Shown in pieces: positions 26,537 to 39,199 of a stretch of DNA of 64,000 nucleotides. The stretch is taken from contig JBITNC010000001.1 of NCBI GenBank assembly GCA_050084985.1, positions 145,452,001 to 145,516,000 on the forward strand, given 5' to 3'. The notes below the pieces were generated by a model. The model saw nothing but the letters and a program-made list of their open reading frames with translations, searched no databases and was not told the origin of the DNA. The position numbers and the translations under genes are program-made. Each line of letters opens with the position of its first letter. Position 1 is the stretch's first letter. Origin of the DNA: Nageia nagi. Its lineage: Eukaryota; Plantae; Pinophyta.

Positions 26537-29500
26537 AGGTCATCATATCTTAATAAGTGAGCAATACATGGCAAGTTTTCAAATTGATTAATACTAGGAT
26601 GTGGTACTTTATGATGTTATGCTAATGGATGCTTATTATATTTTATTGGGAAGACCTTGGTCATTTGATAGGAAGGTAGAATACCTATCCAATTTAGAAG
26701 GATGGGAAGATGTATACTTCGAACCCTTTAAGGGAGAAGGGAGAGGAAGTAAAAAAAAAAAATTGTGTTTCTTTGATAAGTAGAACATAATTCTTGAAGG
26801 GAATGAATAAAGAGGAGTCACATTTGTATTTTGTTACCAAAACCATAGGAGACAAAAAAGTATGCTAACCAAGTGAACTATCACAAAAATTAAATAATTT
26901 ATTAAAAAATATATAGAGATTATCTTAAAGGAACTACAAGATGGATGTTTATAAATGTGAAATATCAATCATCATATAGATTTCATCCTTGGCCCCATTA
27001 CATTGAATAAAGCAATATATAGGATCTTATTAATGGTGAGTGAGGAGGTAAAATGTTAAGGGTAGGATTTATTAGATAAACGATTGATATAAGAAATTAT
27101 AAGCCCATATGTTGAACCTATGTACAAGAACCAAAGAAGGATGGAACTTGGAGAATATGCATAGATTCAAGGGCTATTTCCATCAAGTATTAGTTCCCAT
27201 TACCTAATATGGATAATTTGATGGAACACTTGAGTAGAGCATATTATAGTTTGAAGATAGAATTGAAGAGTGGCTATCATGAAATCAATATCAAATACCT
27301 TGTTAATTTGATAGGAAGGTAGAATACCTATTCAATTTATAAGGATGGGAAGATGTACACTTTGAACCCTTTAAGGGAGAAGGGAGAAGAAGTAAGAAAA
27401 TCAAGTTTTTTTGATAACAAGAACATAATTATCGAAGGGAATGAAAAAGAGAAGCCACAATTTTCTTTTGTTACCAAAACTATAAGACCACTTGAGTAGG
27501 CTAGGCTTGTTATATTTTATTGGGAAGACCTTGGTAATTTGATAGGAAGGTAGAATACCTATTCAATTTAGAAGGATGGGAAGATGTACACTTTGAACCC
27601 TTTAAGGGAGAAGGAAGAAGAAGTAATAGTTTTTTTTGATAACTAGAACATAATTCTTGAAGGGAATGAATAAAGAGGAGTCACATTTTTCTTTTGTTAC
27701 CAAAATCATAGGAGAAAAGAAAGTAGGCTAAGCAAGTGAACTATCACAAAAAGTATATAATTTATTAAAGAATGTATAGAGATTATCTTAAAGGAACTAC
27801 CAGATGGATTTTTATAAATGAGAAATACCAATCATCATATAGATTTCATCCTTGGCCCCATTTCACTAAATAAAGCAACATATAGGATCTTATTAATGGA
27901 GAGTGAGTAGGTAAAATGTTAAGGGTAGGATTTATTAAATGAAAGATTGATTTAAGAAATTATAAGCCCATATGTTGAACCTATGTACAAGAACTAAAGA
28001 AGAATGGAACCTGGATAATATGCATAGATTCAAGAGATACTAACACTATTTCCATCAAGTACTAGTTCCCATTACCTAATATGGATAATTTGATGGATCA
28101 CTTGAGTAGAACATATTATAGTTTGAAGATAGACTTGAAGAGTAGTTATCATGAATTCAATATCAAAGAAGGACATGAGTAGAAAATGAAATTCAAGACC
28201 AAGGATGGGTTTTATGAATGATTAGTCATGCCATTTGTATTGATCATTATCCCTAATACATTTATAAGGCCGATGAATGAAGTATTGAAACCCTTTATTA
28301 GAATGTTTATGATTTTATACCTAGATGATATATTAGTGTAGGGATAGAGGAGATCACTTGATCTTGGTGTTATAGAAGTTGTTATTGGTCAATCTAAAAA
28401 AATGTAACTTTATGAAGGAGGAATTAATTTACTTAGGTTTTATTATTTCTCAAGGAAGTTTAAACATTGAGCTAGAAAAAGTAAGAGTAATCATAGAATG
28501 GGCATCATTGAGAAATTTGTTTGAGGTGAGGAGCTTTCATGGATTAAATAAATTTTCACATGAAGTTTATTAAAAGATTTAGTGGGATAAGTGAACTCAT
28601 TATCAAATTCATGAAAGAAAGGAATAATGATTTAAAATGGATTGATGATATTGAGAGAAGTTTTAAAAATTTGAAGAGAAAAGTGATGGAATAACTAGTT
28701 CTAGCATTGCCAAATTATAATAAAGTATTTCATGTAGATTTTGATGCTAATGGACTACTATTGGAGAGGTTTTGAGCCAAAAGGTTTGATCAATAGTATA
28801 TTTCATCAACACCTTGAGTGAAGCAAAGGGGAAATACTCAACATATATTCAGGAATTCTATGCCATTTTTTAATCGCTCAAAAAATGGAGGTATTACTTG
28901 ATACCAAAAGAATTTATCATATATACACATCATCATGCTTTGTAATTTATTTATAAAGAGAGAAAGTTGAATAAAAGGTACATGGAGTGGGTTGAGCATA
29001 TTTAACGATACACCCTTAAATTTTAAAGTATAAGAGTGGAAAATCAAATCATGTGATGGATCCCTAAGTAGAAGGTGATTGTTGTTGAGTGAGTTGAGAG
29101 TATAAGTGAATAAATTTGATTCCATGATAGAGTTATATGCTTGAGCAACTTGTAATAATCTAGTGGAAAGGAAATAAACCCCTTGGTTAAATTATTTCTT
29201 GTAATAAGGCTTATTATTCAAGGGATTACAATTATGCATACTTAGGGGTTCAATGAGGGAATTTTTGATACAAGAAAATCATAGTGGAGGAATGGCTAAA
29301 CATTTTAGAGCGGACAAGACTTTAAAGCACCTTAATGAAGCTTATATTGGTTAAGAATGAATATGAAGGTTAAAAAGTTTATTTAAAATTTTCTTGCATG
29401 CTAAACGGAGGAGCCACAACATGGGTTTCTATCAACCATTAGCATGGACTTTGTTCTTAGACTACCTATAACATAAAAATATAATAACTCTTGTCTTTAT

Positions 29501-30480
29501 TATTTTGAATAGATTTTCTAAGATGGCATATTTCATATCATGTAAGAAGACAAATGTTGCTATAAACATTCCTAATTTATTCTTTATGGAGATTATGAGA
29601 TTACATGGAATTTCTAAAAGCATTTTGTCATATAAGGACACTAATTTTATAGATCATTTTTGGAGGATATTTTGGAAGAAGTCGAATACTAATCTAGATT
29701 TTAATTTGGCTTGTCAACCATAAATGAATGGATAAATTGAAGTTATCAATAGGAGTCTTTGAAATTTGTTGAGGTGTTTGATGAGTAAAAAGCCTAAGCT
29801 ATGGGATGATATGTTTTCACAAGCAAATTTTTCTTATAATAACTTTGTTAATAGGAGTATTGGTAGAAAAATTTTTAGATTATATATGGAATGAATCTTA
29901 GAGTATTTGACAAGTTGGGGAATAATATCAATTTGGGAAGGAGTATTGTAGAAGCAACAAATTTTGTTAAGTATATACGAGAATGGCATCAAGAAGTGAA
30001 GTCTAAATTGGAGAATAACACTTAAATATATAAACAACACAGTGACTAAAAAAGAAGACAAGAACAATTTCATATAAGAGAACTAGTTTTGGCATATGGA
30101 AAAAAGAGGTTCCCTAAAGGAGCCTACAACAAGTTGAAATGGAAGAAGATAAGATCCTAAAAAAAAAAAAAAATTACAATACCTATGAGATAGATCTTCC
30201 AAAAGGGATAAATATATCATTGTTCTTTAATATGTTTAATTTGTATTCATATAATGGAAATTTGGGTGACAAGTTTAGCAAATAAGTTAAATCTGATAGT
30301 CACATGGAGGAATGGGCTCAATAGTTTCTTGAGAAAAGGCTAAAGGAAATTAAGAAGGTACTCCAAGAGAGAATGACTAAGAAGACAAAAAAAGGACTAG
30401 AAGGAGTATCTAGTTATATGGAAAGGAAAGGGACCAATTAAATATGAATGGATTTTGGAACTAGTGTTTGCTTGAATGGG
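26537..30480 (+). pseudogene. pol of E (protease end, RT, RH, INT, chromodomain), with internal duplications
   Basis: ILLGRPW; KKDGTWRICIDSRAI; YLDDIL; KKCNFMKEELIYLGF; RFSKMAYFISCKK; EYLVIWKGKGPIKYEWI at about 30404-30455. Confidence 0.88.
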
Positions 30481-30541
30481 AAAACATCCTATTCTAGGAA
30501 CCTTGTGAGTAGGAGTTCACATTCCTTGTACCCTGAGAGTC

Positions 30542-31489
30542 TGATGCAATAACATTAAGGAAAAAGAGGAGAATAATTTATTTCTATTGTTTGTTATTTT
30601 TATTTTATTTTCTAGATTTGATATTTATGGGAATTTAAAATAAGTTTTAAAAGTATTTTGTTGAACTAGATCAAACATCCTCTTTTTAAAGTATCATAAT
30701 TTTTTGTTCTACTTTATATTACATAAATCTAGTGATTTGGTGATGGTGGCTTTGCGATGGTGATATGTTGTTTTGGTGATGACACTCTGATGATGGTGAT
30801 TTAATACTCTTTTCTAATGGATCAATGAAAAGCATATCCAAAAAATAATTTGCTAATTAGTTGCTCATCTACTTCACTCAATCAATGATTTGAAAATCCT
30901 TCAAACTCATGATTGGGTGTTTTGGCATTTTGGTGCTCATGTATGATGAAAGACATAGATTTATAAGTTGGATGTGATCAAGTGTGAAGAGAATCTAGGA
31001 AGTGTGAAGAGGAAAAAAAGGAGTTATATCATGCAATCAATGATGATTGGATGGGTATTAGTTCGGATTCAAATGTGCATATCATTATAATATGAATACA
31101 AAAAATAGCAATAATTGAGTTTCCATTTCTTGAATACCAACAAAATGACCTTTGAACTTCCAAATGCACTTGTGGAAGATGATTCAATTTCAAAACTTGA
31201 AGAGACATGCCTTAGGAATATAAATTTGGATTGACTCGAACAAATTTAAGAGGCAGGATGTTTGATTAAAGTTTCAACTTTGATACAAATCAAGTTGGCA
31301 AATTGAAATCAAATTGTGACTATATAAGAATTCAGGAATAAAGACCAGCTTCTTTATTTTGTTTTCTAGAATCCATACATTAAATCAAATCAAACTAATT
31401 TTTGAACTTATTTATTTAAATTTATATAGCACAAATTATTTTCTTTCATCTCCTTATCATTTGAACTTCCACCTTTTTATCTTGAATCA
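30542..31489 (+). repeat. 3' LTR of element E
   Basis: Begins TGATGC and ends GAATCA; homologous to the 5' LTR. Confidence 0.82.
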
Positions 31490-32151
31490 TTTTTCAATAA
31501 GTATCTAACGCTAACAATCATGACATCAACAACTTTTTGTAACATTGAATTTTTATATTTAAAGAAAAAGAAAAAGAAATACCATAAATCTAGAAAGCAT
31601 AAACAATTAAAATAATCAAATAATTAAACTAAACTATCCAAACTAGAATTGTGTGATCTAAATGTACACAAAAATGTTGATATGACAACTCCATTTATTT
31701 GAGTCTTTTTAATAATCCTTATGTGAATTTAAGTTATGCAATGAGCTGATATCCTTTGTAAGCTTAGGTACTCTTTTAGCTTTTCCACTTCTTTGGATGA
31801 GTCATTCTTTACCCCTTGGTTTGTTATCACATTTTCCTCTAGTGATGCTACTTGTGATAAATATCTTTAAACACGTAGTTATACTTACATTTTGTGTAAG
31901 TTTTAATTGGATTTTTTTTTATAATTATTCACCATCATCATCATTGTTTTGTACATACTATTCATATGTGAGACAACTCTTTACATATCCTCTTTAAATT
32001 TTTTTTTCTTTCAAATTCTTCCATAACTGCTTTTAGTTATTTTCTTTGAACATCATTACTGTTGAGGCACATGATAATGTATGTTATGATATGACCCCAA
32101 CTATAGAAAGCAACCATCAATTTATTGTGGAAGTAGTATTTTGTATGCTTT

Positions 32152-32153
<2 letters not shown>

Positions 32154-32199
<46 letters not shown>

Positions 32200-32204
32200 A
32201 TATA
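32154..32204. repeat. (TA)n microsatellite
   Basis: Directly visible. Confidence 0.97.
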
Positions 32205-34197
32205 GAGTGGTTTGTTGCCAAAACAAGGTTAACTATATTTTACACCTTCAAACTCCAAAAACAATAGTTGGGTCAACACTTATACATATTCCTTCAGAGG
32301 AGAAAATACCTGACAATCCTGAAATGACTATTTCACTAGTAGAATAACAAATCAATAGTCCTTCCATTTATAGATCGTATTAATGAAGATTAACATCAGC
32401 AGAGATATTAAGTTTAATGAAAAGAATGAAGAAAGGAGTTAATTTTTCTCTTCAAGAGGATGGAAATGATTGAGAAAAGCAACCAATATCCAAGTGATTA
32501 CATTGATGGAAAATATGTCGCTGATTCTAAATATGATTAGAATCACTTTCCTCGAGTAAATTTATGAACTACAAACAAAACTTTAGGTACCTCTAAACTG
32601 TAGAAACTGCAAAATTGATGGAACAGACATAGAGATCATCTTGTATATATTTATAGAACCAAGTTTGACGCATGAAAACTCACATTTTTCCTTGAGTAAA
32701 GTGACACTATATGTGAGGTACAATACTTTCGCTTTGGCAAAAGAGGCTAGAAGCACAAGAATAATTTGACAGTTCAGGAAGATTGAAGATAGAGCCTAGC
32801 ATCATTTTAGAGACTTGGCTAGCGGCTCTTTCTTTGATCCTTCCTAGGTTATTCTGTATCTTCACCTTATGTGTAATTCAAAGGTAAACGTCTGTGAAAA
32901 AGACAACTCAAACAATGTGAAGAAAAAAATGGTTAAATTATTATGCAGTTAAATTAGTTTAAAAATATTCACTCCATCATCAAATTTAAATCACCACCAG
33001 TATGTTAGATTTGCACCGTAGAATGGATTCACTTCATGTATCATTCATGCATGATTATTCCATTTATTTATCAGTCACATTTAAGTTGTTAGAACAGTAT
33101 ACCTATCTAACAAGTACATTTGGAAATTGAGTATATACTTCATTCTAAATCTATAAGATCATCAAACATTTGATTTGATCTTCAGATATACTAGAAAGCC
33201 ATAGAACTCGGTTCCTTGGAGATTCATAAAATGCCTTCAGGAAACATTCATATGATCAAGGTCATTCTGGCAATCACCCAAGATCACAAAATCTTAAAGC
33301 ATGGAAAATTCACCCTTAGTTCATGGCTTGTTTACATTCCATTGATCAAATATTCATTTGTTAGAAGTACACAAATAAGTTTACAACTGAATATTAGTAG
33401 TAGAAGCTGAATCAATATTTGGAAACACTGTTTTTACAAAATATTTGTACGCCATGGAATGATGTGATTATTTTTTGTTGAATGTGTCCTCTCAATCTAA
33501 GGATTTGCAATCTAAAATACTGACACAGTGAATAAGTATGAACCATCCAATAGATCATGCACCAATGAAAGGAGAACTACGTTTCAAGCCATAAGCTGAA
33601 TCATTCTTGGAATGCTTGAATGTCAATTAAAAACTGCATACAATCCACGTTTCAACAATTCAACAAACAATCTTACATTGAATAATTTTTAGAAGATGAT
33701 TGGGTTCCTGTAATTCTGTTTTATTCTTCAACAAAAAAACAAAATAATTCAAGAATGCAAGCAACGTATAAAAACCAAGCATTTACTTGTTAAAGCACCA
33801 ATTCATTTTTTAGCTTTCCCATCAATAATTCACAAAGAATCAGAGCCCATACTTTGAATGATGGACAGAGATGCCATTCTTGAAAATAATTTTTTCAGGC
33901 CCTGAAGATGAACTTTGTAGCACCGTTGGAGTTAGCTCATTCATGCATCAAGTGTTTGATTACTTTCATGGGCATGGATTGTTAATTAGCCAAAATACAG
34001 TACTCATCTTTTCACTGTCGATTGTAGAAAAAGAAAAAGCAAAGTTTTTTTAACATCCATGGAAGACCAACATAGATATATGGGACATGCCTTTCCACTA
34101 GCAACGTGTGCAGAAGCAATGTCTGTCTAGAAGTGGAGAGGAATTGAACATGGGAGCTGTGCCGTAGAGAGAACTATCATTCTTCCCCTACCCCACA

Positions 34198-36585
34198 TCA
34201 TGTAGAACAAAACTTTGCATCAGGCACATAACGTGCATCGTTAATTTGCTTCATCAATATTTCCAATGCTGTGTCCACGCTGTCTTCTTGTGGGTGAGAT
34301 CTATCCCCCACTGTAAAGCAATTGACAGTATTGTTGACTTCAATCCAGCTTAGTCCTGGCTCCTTCTTAACTCTTCTCTTTTTCATGATATTTCTTACTT
34401 TTCTTGCATCATCCCACCTGCCAGCTGAGGCATAGATATTATAAAGTAAAACGTATGTGCTTGATGTTTGAGGTTCAAGATCAATAAGGCATTCTGCTGC
34501 CTGCTTGCCAAGATCCAAATTGCCATGGATTCTGCAAGCACCAAGTAAGGAACGCCACACTACAGCATCAGATTCAAATCCCATTTCATATATTAAGTTT
34601 TCTGCCTCATCCAAGCGTCCAGCACGACCAAGAAGATCAACCACACAAGCGCAATGCTCAGCTCTTGGTTCGATGCCATGATCTCTAGTCATGGAACTAA
34701 AATAGTGACATCCTTCATCCACTAGTCCAACATGGCTGCAGGCAGATAGAACACCAACGAAGGTGACATGGTTTGGCTTCACTCCTTCTCCTTCCATTTG
34801 GCCAAAAAGTTGAAGAGCTTCTTTCCCATGTCCATGATGAGCATATCCTGAAATGAGCACACTCCATGAAACTACATCTCGTTTTGGCATTATACGAAAC
34901 ATAGTCCCTGCATCGTCTATGCTTCCACACTTGGCGTACATGCCAATGAGAGCATTTCCCACAAGCAGTGACTCAAGTCCACTTTTTATACTGTGGGCGT
35001 GGATTTGCCTACCCTGTTGTTGAGCTGCTGAGTTTCCGGACGCACTCAGAACAGTGCATATAGTTAGCTGATCTGGTTTTACACCTTTCCTTAGTGCCTG
35101 ACAAAAGAGGTCCATGGCTTCTTCACCATGCCCATTTTGGGTATACCCTGCAATCAATGTAGTCCATGATACAATATCTAGTTTTGGCATCTGGTCAAAA
35201 CATTTCCTCGCATCTTCTATTTCCGCACATTTAGCATACATGTCAACAAGAGCACTTCCAACAAATTCATCTAATTCAAACTTAAGTTTTATGATGTGGA
35301 CATGAACTTGCTTGCCATGGTCAAGAGATGCTAGGTAGCTGCAAACACCAATAACACTGGAATACGTAATTCGGTCAGGCTTTATGCCCATAGGCTGCAT
35401 TTGATTAAATATAAGAAGTGCCTCTTCCCCACATTTTGGACTTGATTCCTGTAAAATACCTGCTATCATTGCATTGTACGTTACCACATCTCTTCCAGGC
35501 ATCTTATGGAACATTGTAAATGCATCTTCTATATCCCCACACTTGGCATACACGTCAACAATTGCACTTCCAATATACACATCAGATTCAAACCCGTTTT
35601 TAATAATGTAGGCATGAACCTCTTTCCCATGTTCCTGAATTGAATCACTACTACATGCCTTGAGTATGCTACCAAATATGAAATGTGTTGGCCTCACACC
35701 CACCTGTTGCATTTGGCGAAACAGTTTAATAGCCCCCTCACCATTCCCATTCTGTGCATATCCAGCAATTAATGCATTCCATGAAACGTCATCTCGGTAC
35801 AAAATCCCATCAAATACACAGTAAGCCTCTTCCACTCTTCCACATTTGGCATACATGTCAATAAGAGCATTTGCAACCACAACCTGATACACAAATCCAG
35901 TTCTGATAATAAGGTTGTGAACCTGCCTACCTTGCTCAAGCTCAGCTAACTTAGCACATGAACCCAAAACACTAGAAAAAGTAAACTCATCTCCTTTCAA
36001 GCCCAACCTATGCATTTCCCAAAACTGTCTCAAGACTTCAACATAAAACCCAAGTTGGGTATATCCCGAAATCAATGCATTCCACGAAATTATGTTTGGT
36101 TCAGGGATTTTGTCAAAAAGTCGGCGTGCGTCCTCCACACGACCGAATTTAGCGTACCCCGAAATCAACGCATTCCATGAAACTATATCTACTTCAGGCA
36201 TTTTGTCAAACACTTGGTGTGCATCCTCTAAAGTACCACACTTAACATACATGTTGACAAGATTATTTCGCAAGAAAATACATGGCTTAAATCCAGATAT
36301 AATCATATGACAGTGGATCCTCTTACCTTCACGAAGAGTCTTCATTTTAATACAGTCCTGTAAAAGACGAACATATGCATAAGAATCCAGCGGAATTAGC
36401 CCTTTTTTTGGCTTGTCATGATGAATAGCGTAAGAACTATGACACCAAAAACCCAAAAACAGGGCTTTAATCCTCAGAGCATGTATGGATTTTAAGCCTC
36501 GTATGACTCCCGCTACAGAATTCGGAAGAGTGTGAAGTAACCCATAACTCGGTCCTTGTGGAAATGCCAAAGCCATACAGGGCAT
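34198..36585 (-). CDS. PLS-class pentatricopeptide repeat protein, E/E+ subgroup (organellar RNA-editing specificity factor type), 795 aa
   Basis: Uninterrupted ORF with P-L-S triplets (VSWNALI.GY, NAL.DMYAKCG), E domain (VWRSLLGACRIHG), PG box (PGLSWIEV) and E+ (GDRSHPQ...YVPD). The ORF-track start at 36690 is TTG; the first ATG is at 36585. CpGs are retained, unlike in the flanks. Confidence 0.95.
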   Translation of the reverse strand: MPCMALAFPQGPSYGLLHTLPNSVAGVIRGLKSIHALRIKALFLGFWCHSSYAIHHDKPKKGLIPLDSYAYVRLLQDCIKMKTLREGKRIHCHMIISGFKPCIFLRNNLVNMYVKCGTLEDAHQVFDKMPEVDIVSWNALISGYAKFGRVEDARRLFDKIPEPNIISWNALISGYTQLGFYVEVLRQFWEMHRLGLKGDEFTFSSVLGSCAKLAELEQGRQVHNLIIRTGFVYQVVVANALIDMYAKCGRVEEAYCVFDGILYRDDVSWNALIAGYAQNGNGEGAIKLFRQMQQVGVRPTHFIFGSILKACSSDSIQEHGKEVHAYIIKNGFESDVYIGSAIVDVYAKCGDIEDAFTMFHKMPGRDVVTYNAMIAGILQESSPKCGEEALLIFNQMQPMGIKPDRITYSSVIGVCSYLASLDHGKQVHVHIIKLKFELDEFVGSALVDMYAKCAEIEDARKCFDQMPKLDIVSWTTLIAGYTQNGHGEEAMDLFCQALRKGVKPDQLTICTVLSASGNSAAQQQGRQIHAHSIKSGLESLLVGNALIGMYAKCGSIDDAGTMFRIMPKRDVVSWSVLISGYAHHGHGKEALQLFGQMEGEGVKPNHVTFVGVLSACSHVGLVDEGCHYFSSMTRDHGIEPRAEHCACVVDLLGRAGRLDEAENLIYEMGFESDAVVWRSLLGACRIHGNLDLGKQAAECLIDLEPQTSSTYVLLYNIYASAGRWDDARKVRNIMKKRRVKKEPGLSWIEVNNTVNCFTVGDRSHPQEDSVDTALEILMKQINDARYVPDAKFCST

Positions 36586-36986
36586 ACGAATTATACTTGA
36601 AGCATTGAAAGCTATAATGCAACCTTCCCGGCATCGTTTAAGATGTTTGAAGTTGCAGGAAAATTGTGTTGTGATAGATAATAAGTACAATGTTTGTCTA
36701 TATGTAGATTACAGGAAGACTTGTTCATTTTTTTTTCTTCCCATCTTAGCTCTCTCAGCACGTTACATATTTTTGTAATTCCTGCACTCGAAAGAAACTC
36801 TCTCTCAACCAAAATAAATGATGGAGAAAGTCGCAGCAAATCCAACGATGACATTGTAAAGAATTTTGATTTAGATTAGAGCAAAGCATCAACATAATGC
36901 TGTAGGGGTATATAGTAGGGTCATCTGCACATATAAAGAAGTTACATGGTTCTGACCCTTGTCAGAAAAAAGGCGTGTCAAAAGCT

Positions 36987-37314
36987 GGAAATGGGAGAAT
37001 TTTCGGCCAACGTTATTTATTGTTGGTTGGGTTAAACCAGGCGATTCTACCAGACGCTAGGCGATTATTCTCAACATATATATTTTTTTTTTGGTAATCA
37101 AACCATTAAGCTTGAGGATCGTCAAATGATTCTACCCATTATTTTTTAAATTTTTGTTACGTAGAATCGTTTGATAATTCTATCAAACCATTAGACAATT
37201 CTTCTAACATCAAATTAAAAAAAAAATATATTATTTTTTAAATTTTTGTTAGGTAGAATTGGTTGATAATTCTATCAAATCATTAGATGATTCTTCCAAC
37301 ATCAAATTAAAAAA
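36987..37314 (+). repeat. Cluster of GATTCTACC/GGTAGAAT motifs including a ~90 bp tandem duplication; candidate left end of a DNA transposon
   Basis: Similar to the reverse complement of 56265-56481. Confidence 0.55.
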
Positions 37315-37514
37315 GGGATGGTGTGGGTTTCGATGCACCATAAATCATCAAAACTCTTATTTGTATATAGTTGTAGATTATTTAGATGTTAGTGATTATT
37401 CGTTTGGGTGCATAAGAGGGTTTTTTTGGTAGGCAAAGTTTTCAAGCACAGTCAGAACGAGGTAAGTGATCTTAATTTTAAACTCTCTATGTTAGGGTAT
37501 TCAGAACCACAACA

Positions 37515-38312
37515 TTTGTTTGAAAACCCTATTTGTGCATATACTGTGATCATTGCCATCCACAAAACTATGTCTTGATCATGTATTTTGTAAAATAATT
37601 CCTGGGTCTTGTGTATTCTTACAACTTTTGCAATCAGAGCATTCACAACCTGAATATTCAATTTAAATCCATTCTCAACAACTCTTAGATGGATGTCCAT
37701 ACTTTCTTCTAAGGCTTGCATGGTGGCATATGTTAGGAGAGTGTTGGCAAAGGTTGTAGAGTTTGGCATTACACTTTGATTGTGCATATCCTTCGATCAT
37801 TGTTGTCCAATAAAATGTATCTACATCATACATCTTGTAAAAGAATTCATAGGTCTCATGTATTCTTCAACAATTTACATACATGTTAGTCAGGGCATTC
37901 ACTACCACAATATTCATTTGAAAACTTGATTTGTACATATCTTGCAATCATTATCGTCCACAAAACTATGTCTTCATCATGCATCTTGTAAAATAATTCC
38001 CAAGTCTCATATATTCTTGCATATTTTGCATAGATGTCTATCAGGGAATTCACAACTCGAAATTCAATTAAAATACATTCTCAACCACTCTTCGATGGAT
38101 GTCCATACTTTCTTCTAGGGCTCCCATGGTGGCATATGCTAGAAGAGTGTTGGAAAAGGTTGTAGAGATTGGATTTACACCTAACAATGGTACCTACTTA
38201 AAAGTCTCTAGAGCCTTTTGCAAAAAACCCATTGTAATCCATAAGATTGCATTACAATATGGCATTTGACAAATAATGTACAAACCCTTTCAACACATCC
38301 ATTTTGTGCAAA
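37515..38312 (-). pseudogene. Fragmented PLS PPR pseudogene
   Basis: PNSTTFANTL..ATMQALEESMDIH..VVENGF...VVNALI...W.AMITVYAQ.G; a second related triplet at about 37950-38200; deletions and frameshifts. Confidence 0.9.
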
Positions 38313-39199
38313 TGTATGGGAACCCAAATTGCTTTTTGTTTAAGAAAAATAACTAAACTAATACATGCTAAATCAAACAATCCAACTAATATGACCTAAA
38401 TACAAGTTAAACTAAATTGAATGCAAACTACCCTAAATGTCTAAATGATGAAAAACTAATAAATGATATATGATGAGCTATAAGAGATCACATTGATATT
38501 ACCTTGAAGAAATCTTAGTTATCCCTTCTTTTTGAATCTTGATATATAGAATCAACAATGATATCATTGTTTTTGCAATCATCTACATCAATATCATTGT
38601 ACTTTATAGAAAATTTATCACTAAAATTGGCATCATTATATGATCTTTATATTTGATTATGCTCTAAGCAACTACCCTATTCTTAACATTGAAGTTATTT
38701 TAATGATGTCAATTTGAATTCCTTATAAAACTTATTCTTTAAGGTATCACAATTGTTTGTCACACTGATTACAAATTTTGGATTTCCATATTGATCCATT
38801 TGTGGGAGTAGATATGCAAATATTTTTTATATCTTATTCTGAGGATGAGTTGTTTCTTTGGTTACATTTCATCATATTCAAACCTAAGTACTTTTCATTC
38901 AATAAAATATTGAATTATCTTTCTTAAGTTTTTGCAAATTTTGGTTGTGTGGCTTGTATTTCTATAATTGTTGCAATATCCCTCATATTTATATCTTTTC
39001 GAGATCCTATTTGGTAAATAATGTGTCTTGATAGGAGGAAGCTTTATAACATTTTTGAATTGAAGTATCTAAGATAGAATTTATGCTCTCTAAAATTAAA
39101 GTATACTTTCTCTTTGATCTTCTTTGAAATACAATTTACTCTTTCTATTCCTCAACTTTTTTCTCTTTTTCAATTTTTCTTATATTTGTTTCTCTCTTA

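Larger units (their letters stand above)
20339..31489 (+). mobile_element. Element E: decayed Ty3/gypsy chromovirus (CRM-like), containing nested element D
   Basis: LTRs at about 20339-21176 and 30542-31489 (TGATG...ATCA on the 3' copy); PBS TGGTATCAAAG at 21180; gag, protease, RT (YLDD at about 28318), RH, INT and chromodomain remnants; TTTTT on both flanks. Confidence 0.85.

Noticed and set aside
32046-32347. YIYIYI-rich ORFs
   Set aside because: They are translations of the (TA)n microsatellite.
34715-36310. Short ORFs overlapping the PPR gene
   Set aside because: They are alternative-frame or antisense shadows of the PPR CDS.
37319-37514. ~195 bp TG...CA segment with terminal inverted similarity, as a solo LTR or TRIM
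   Set aside because: No TSD (AGGGA vs TTTGT) and no second copy in the window.
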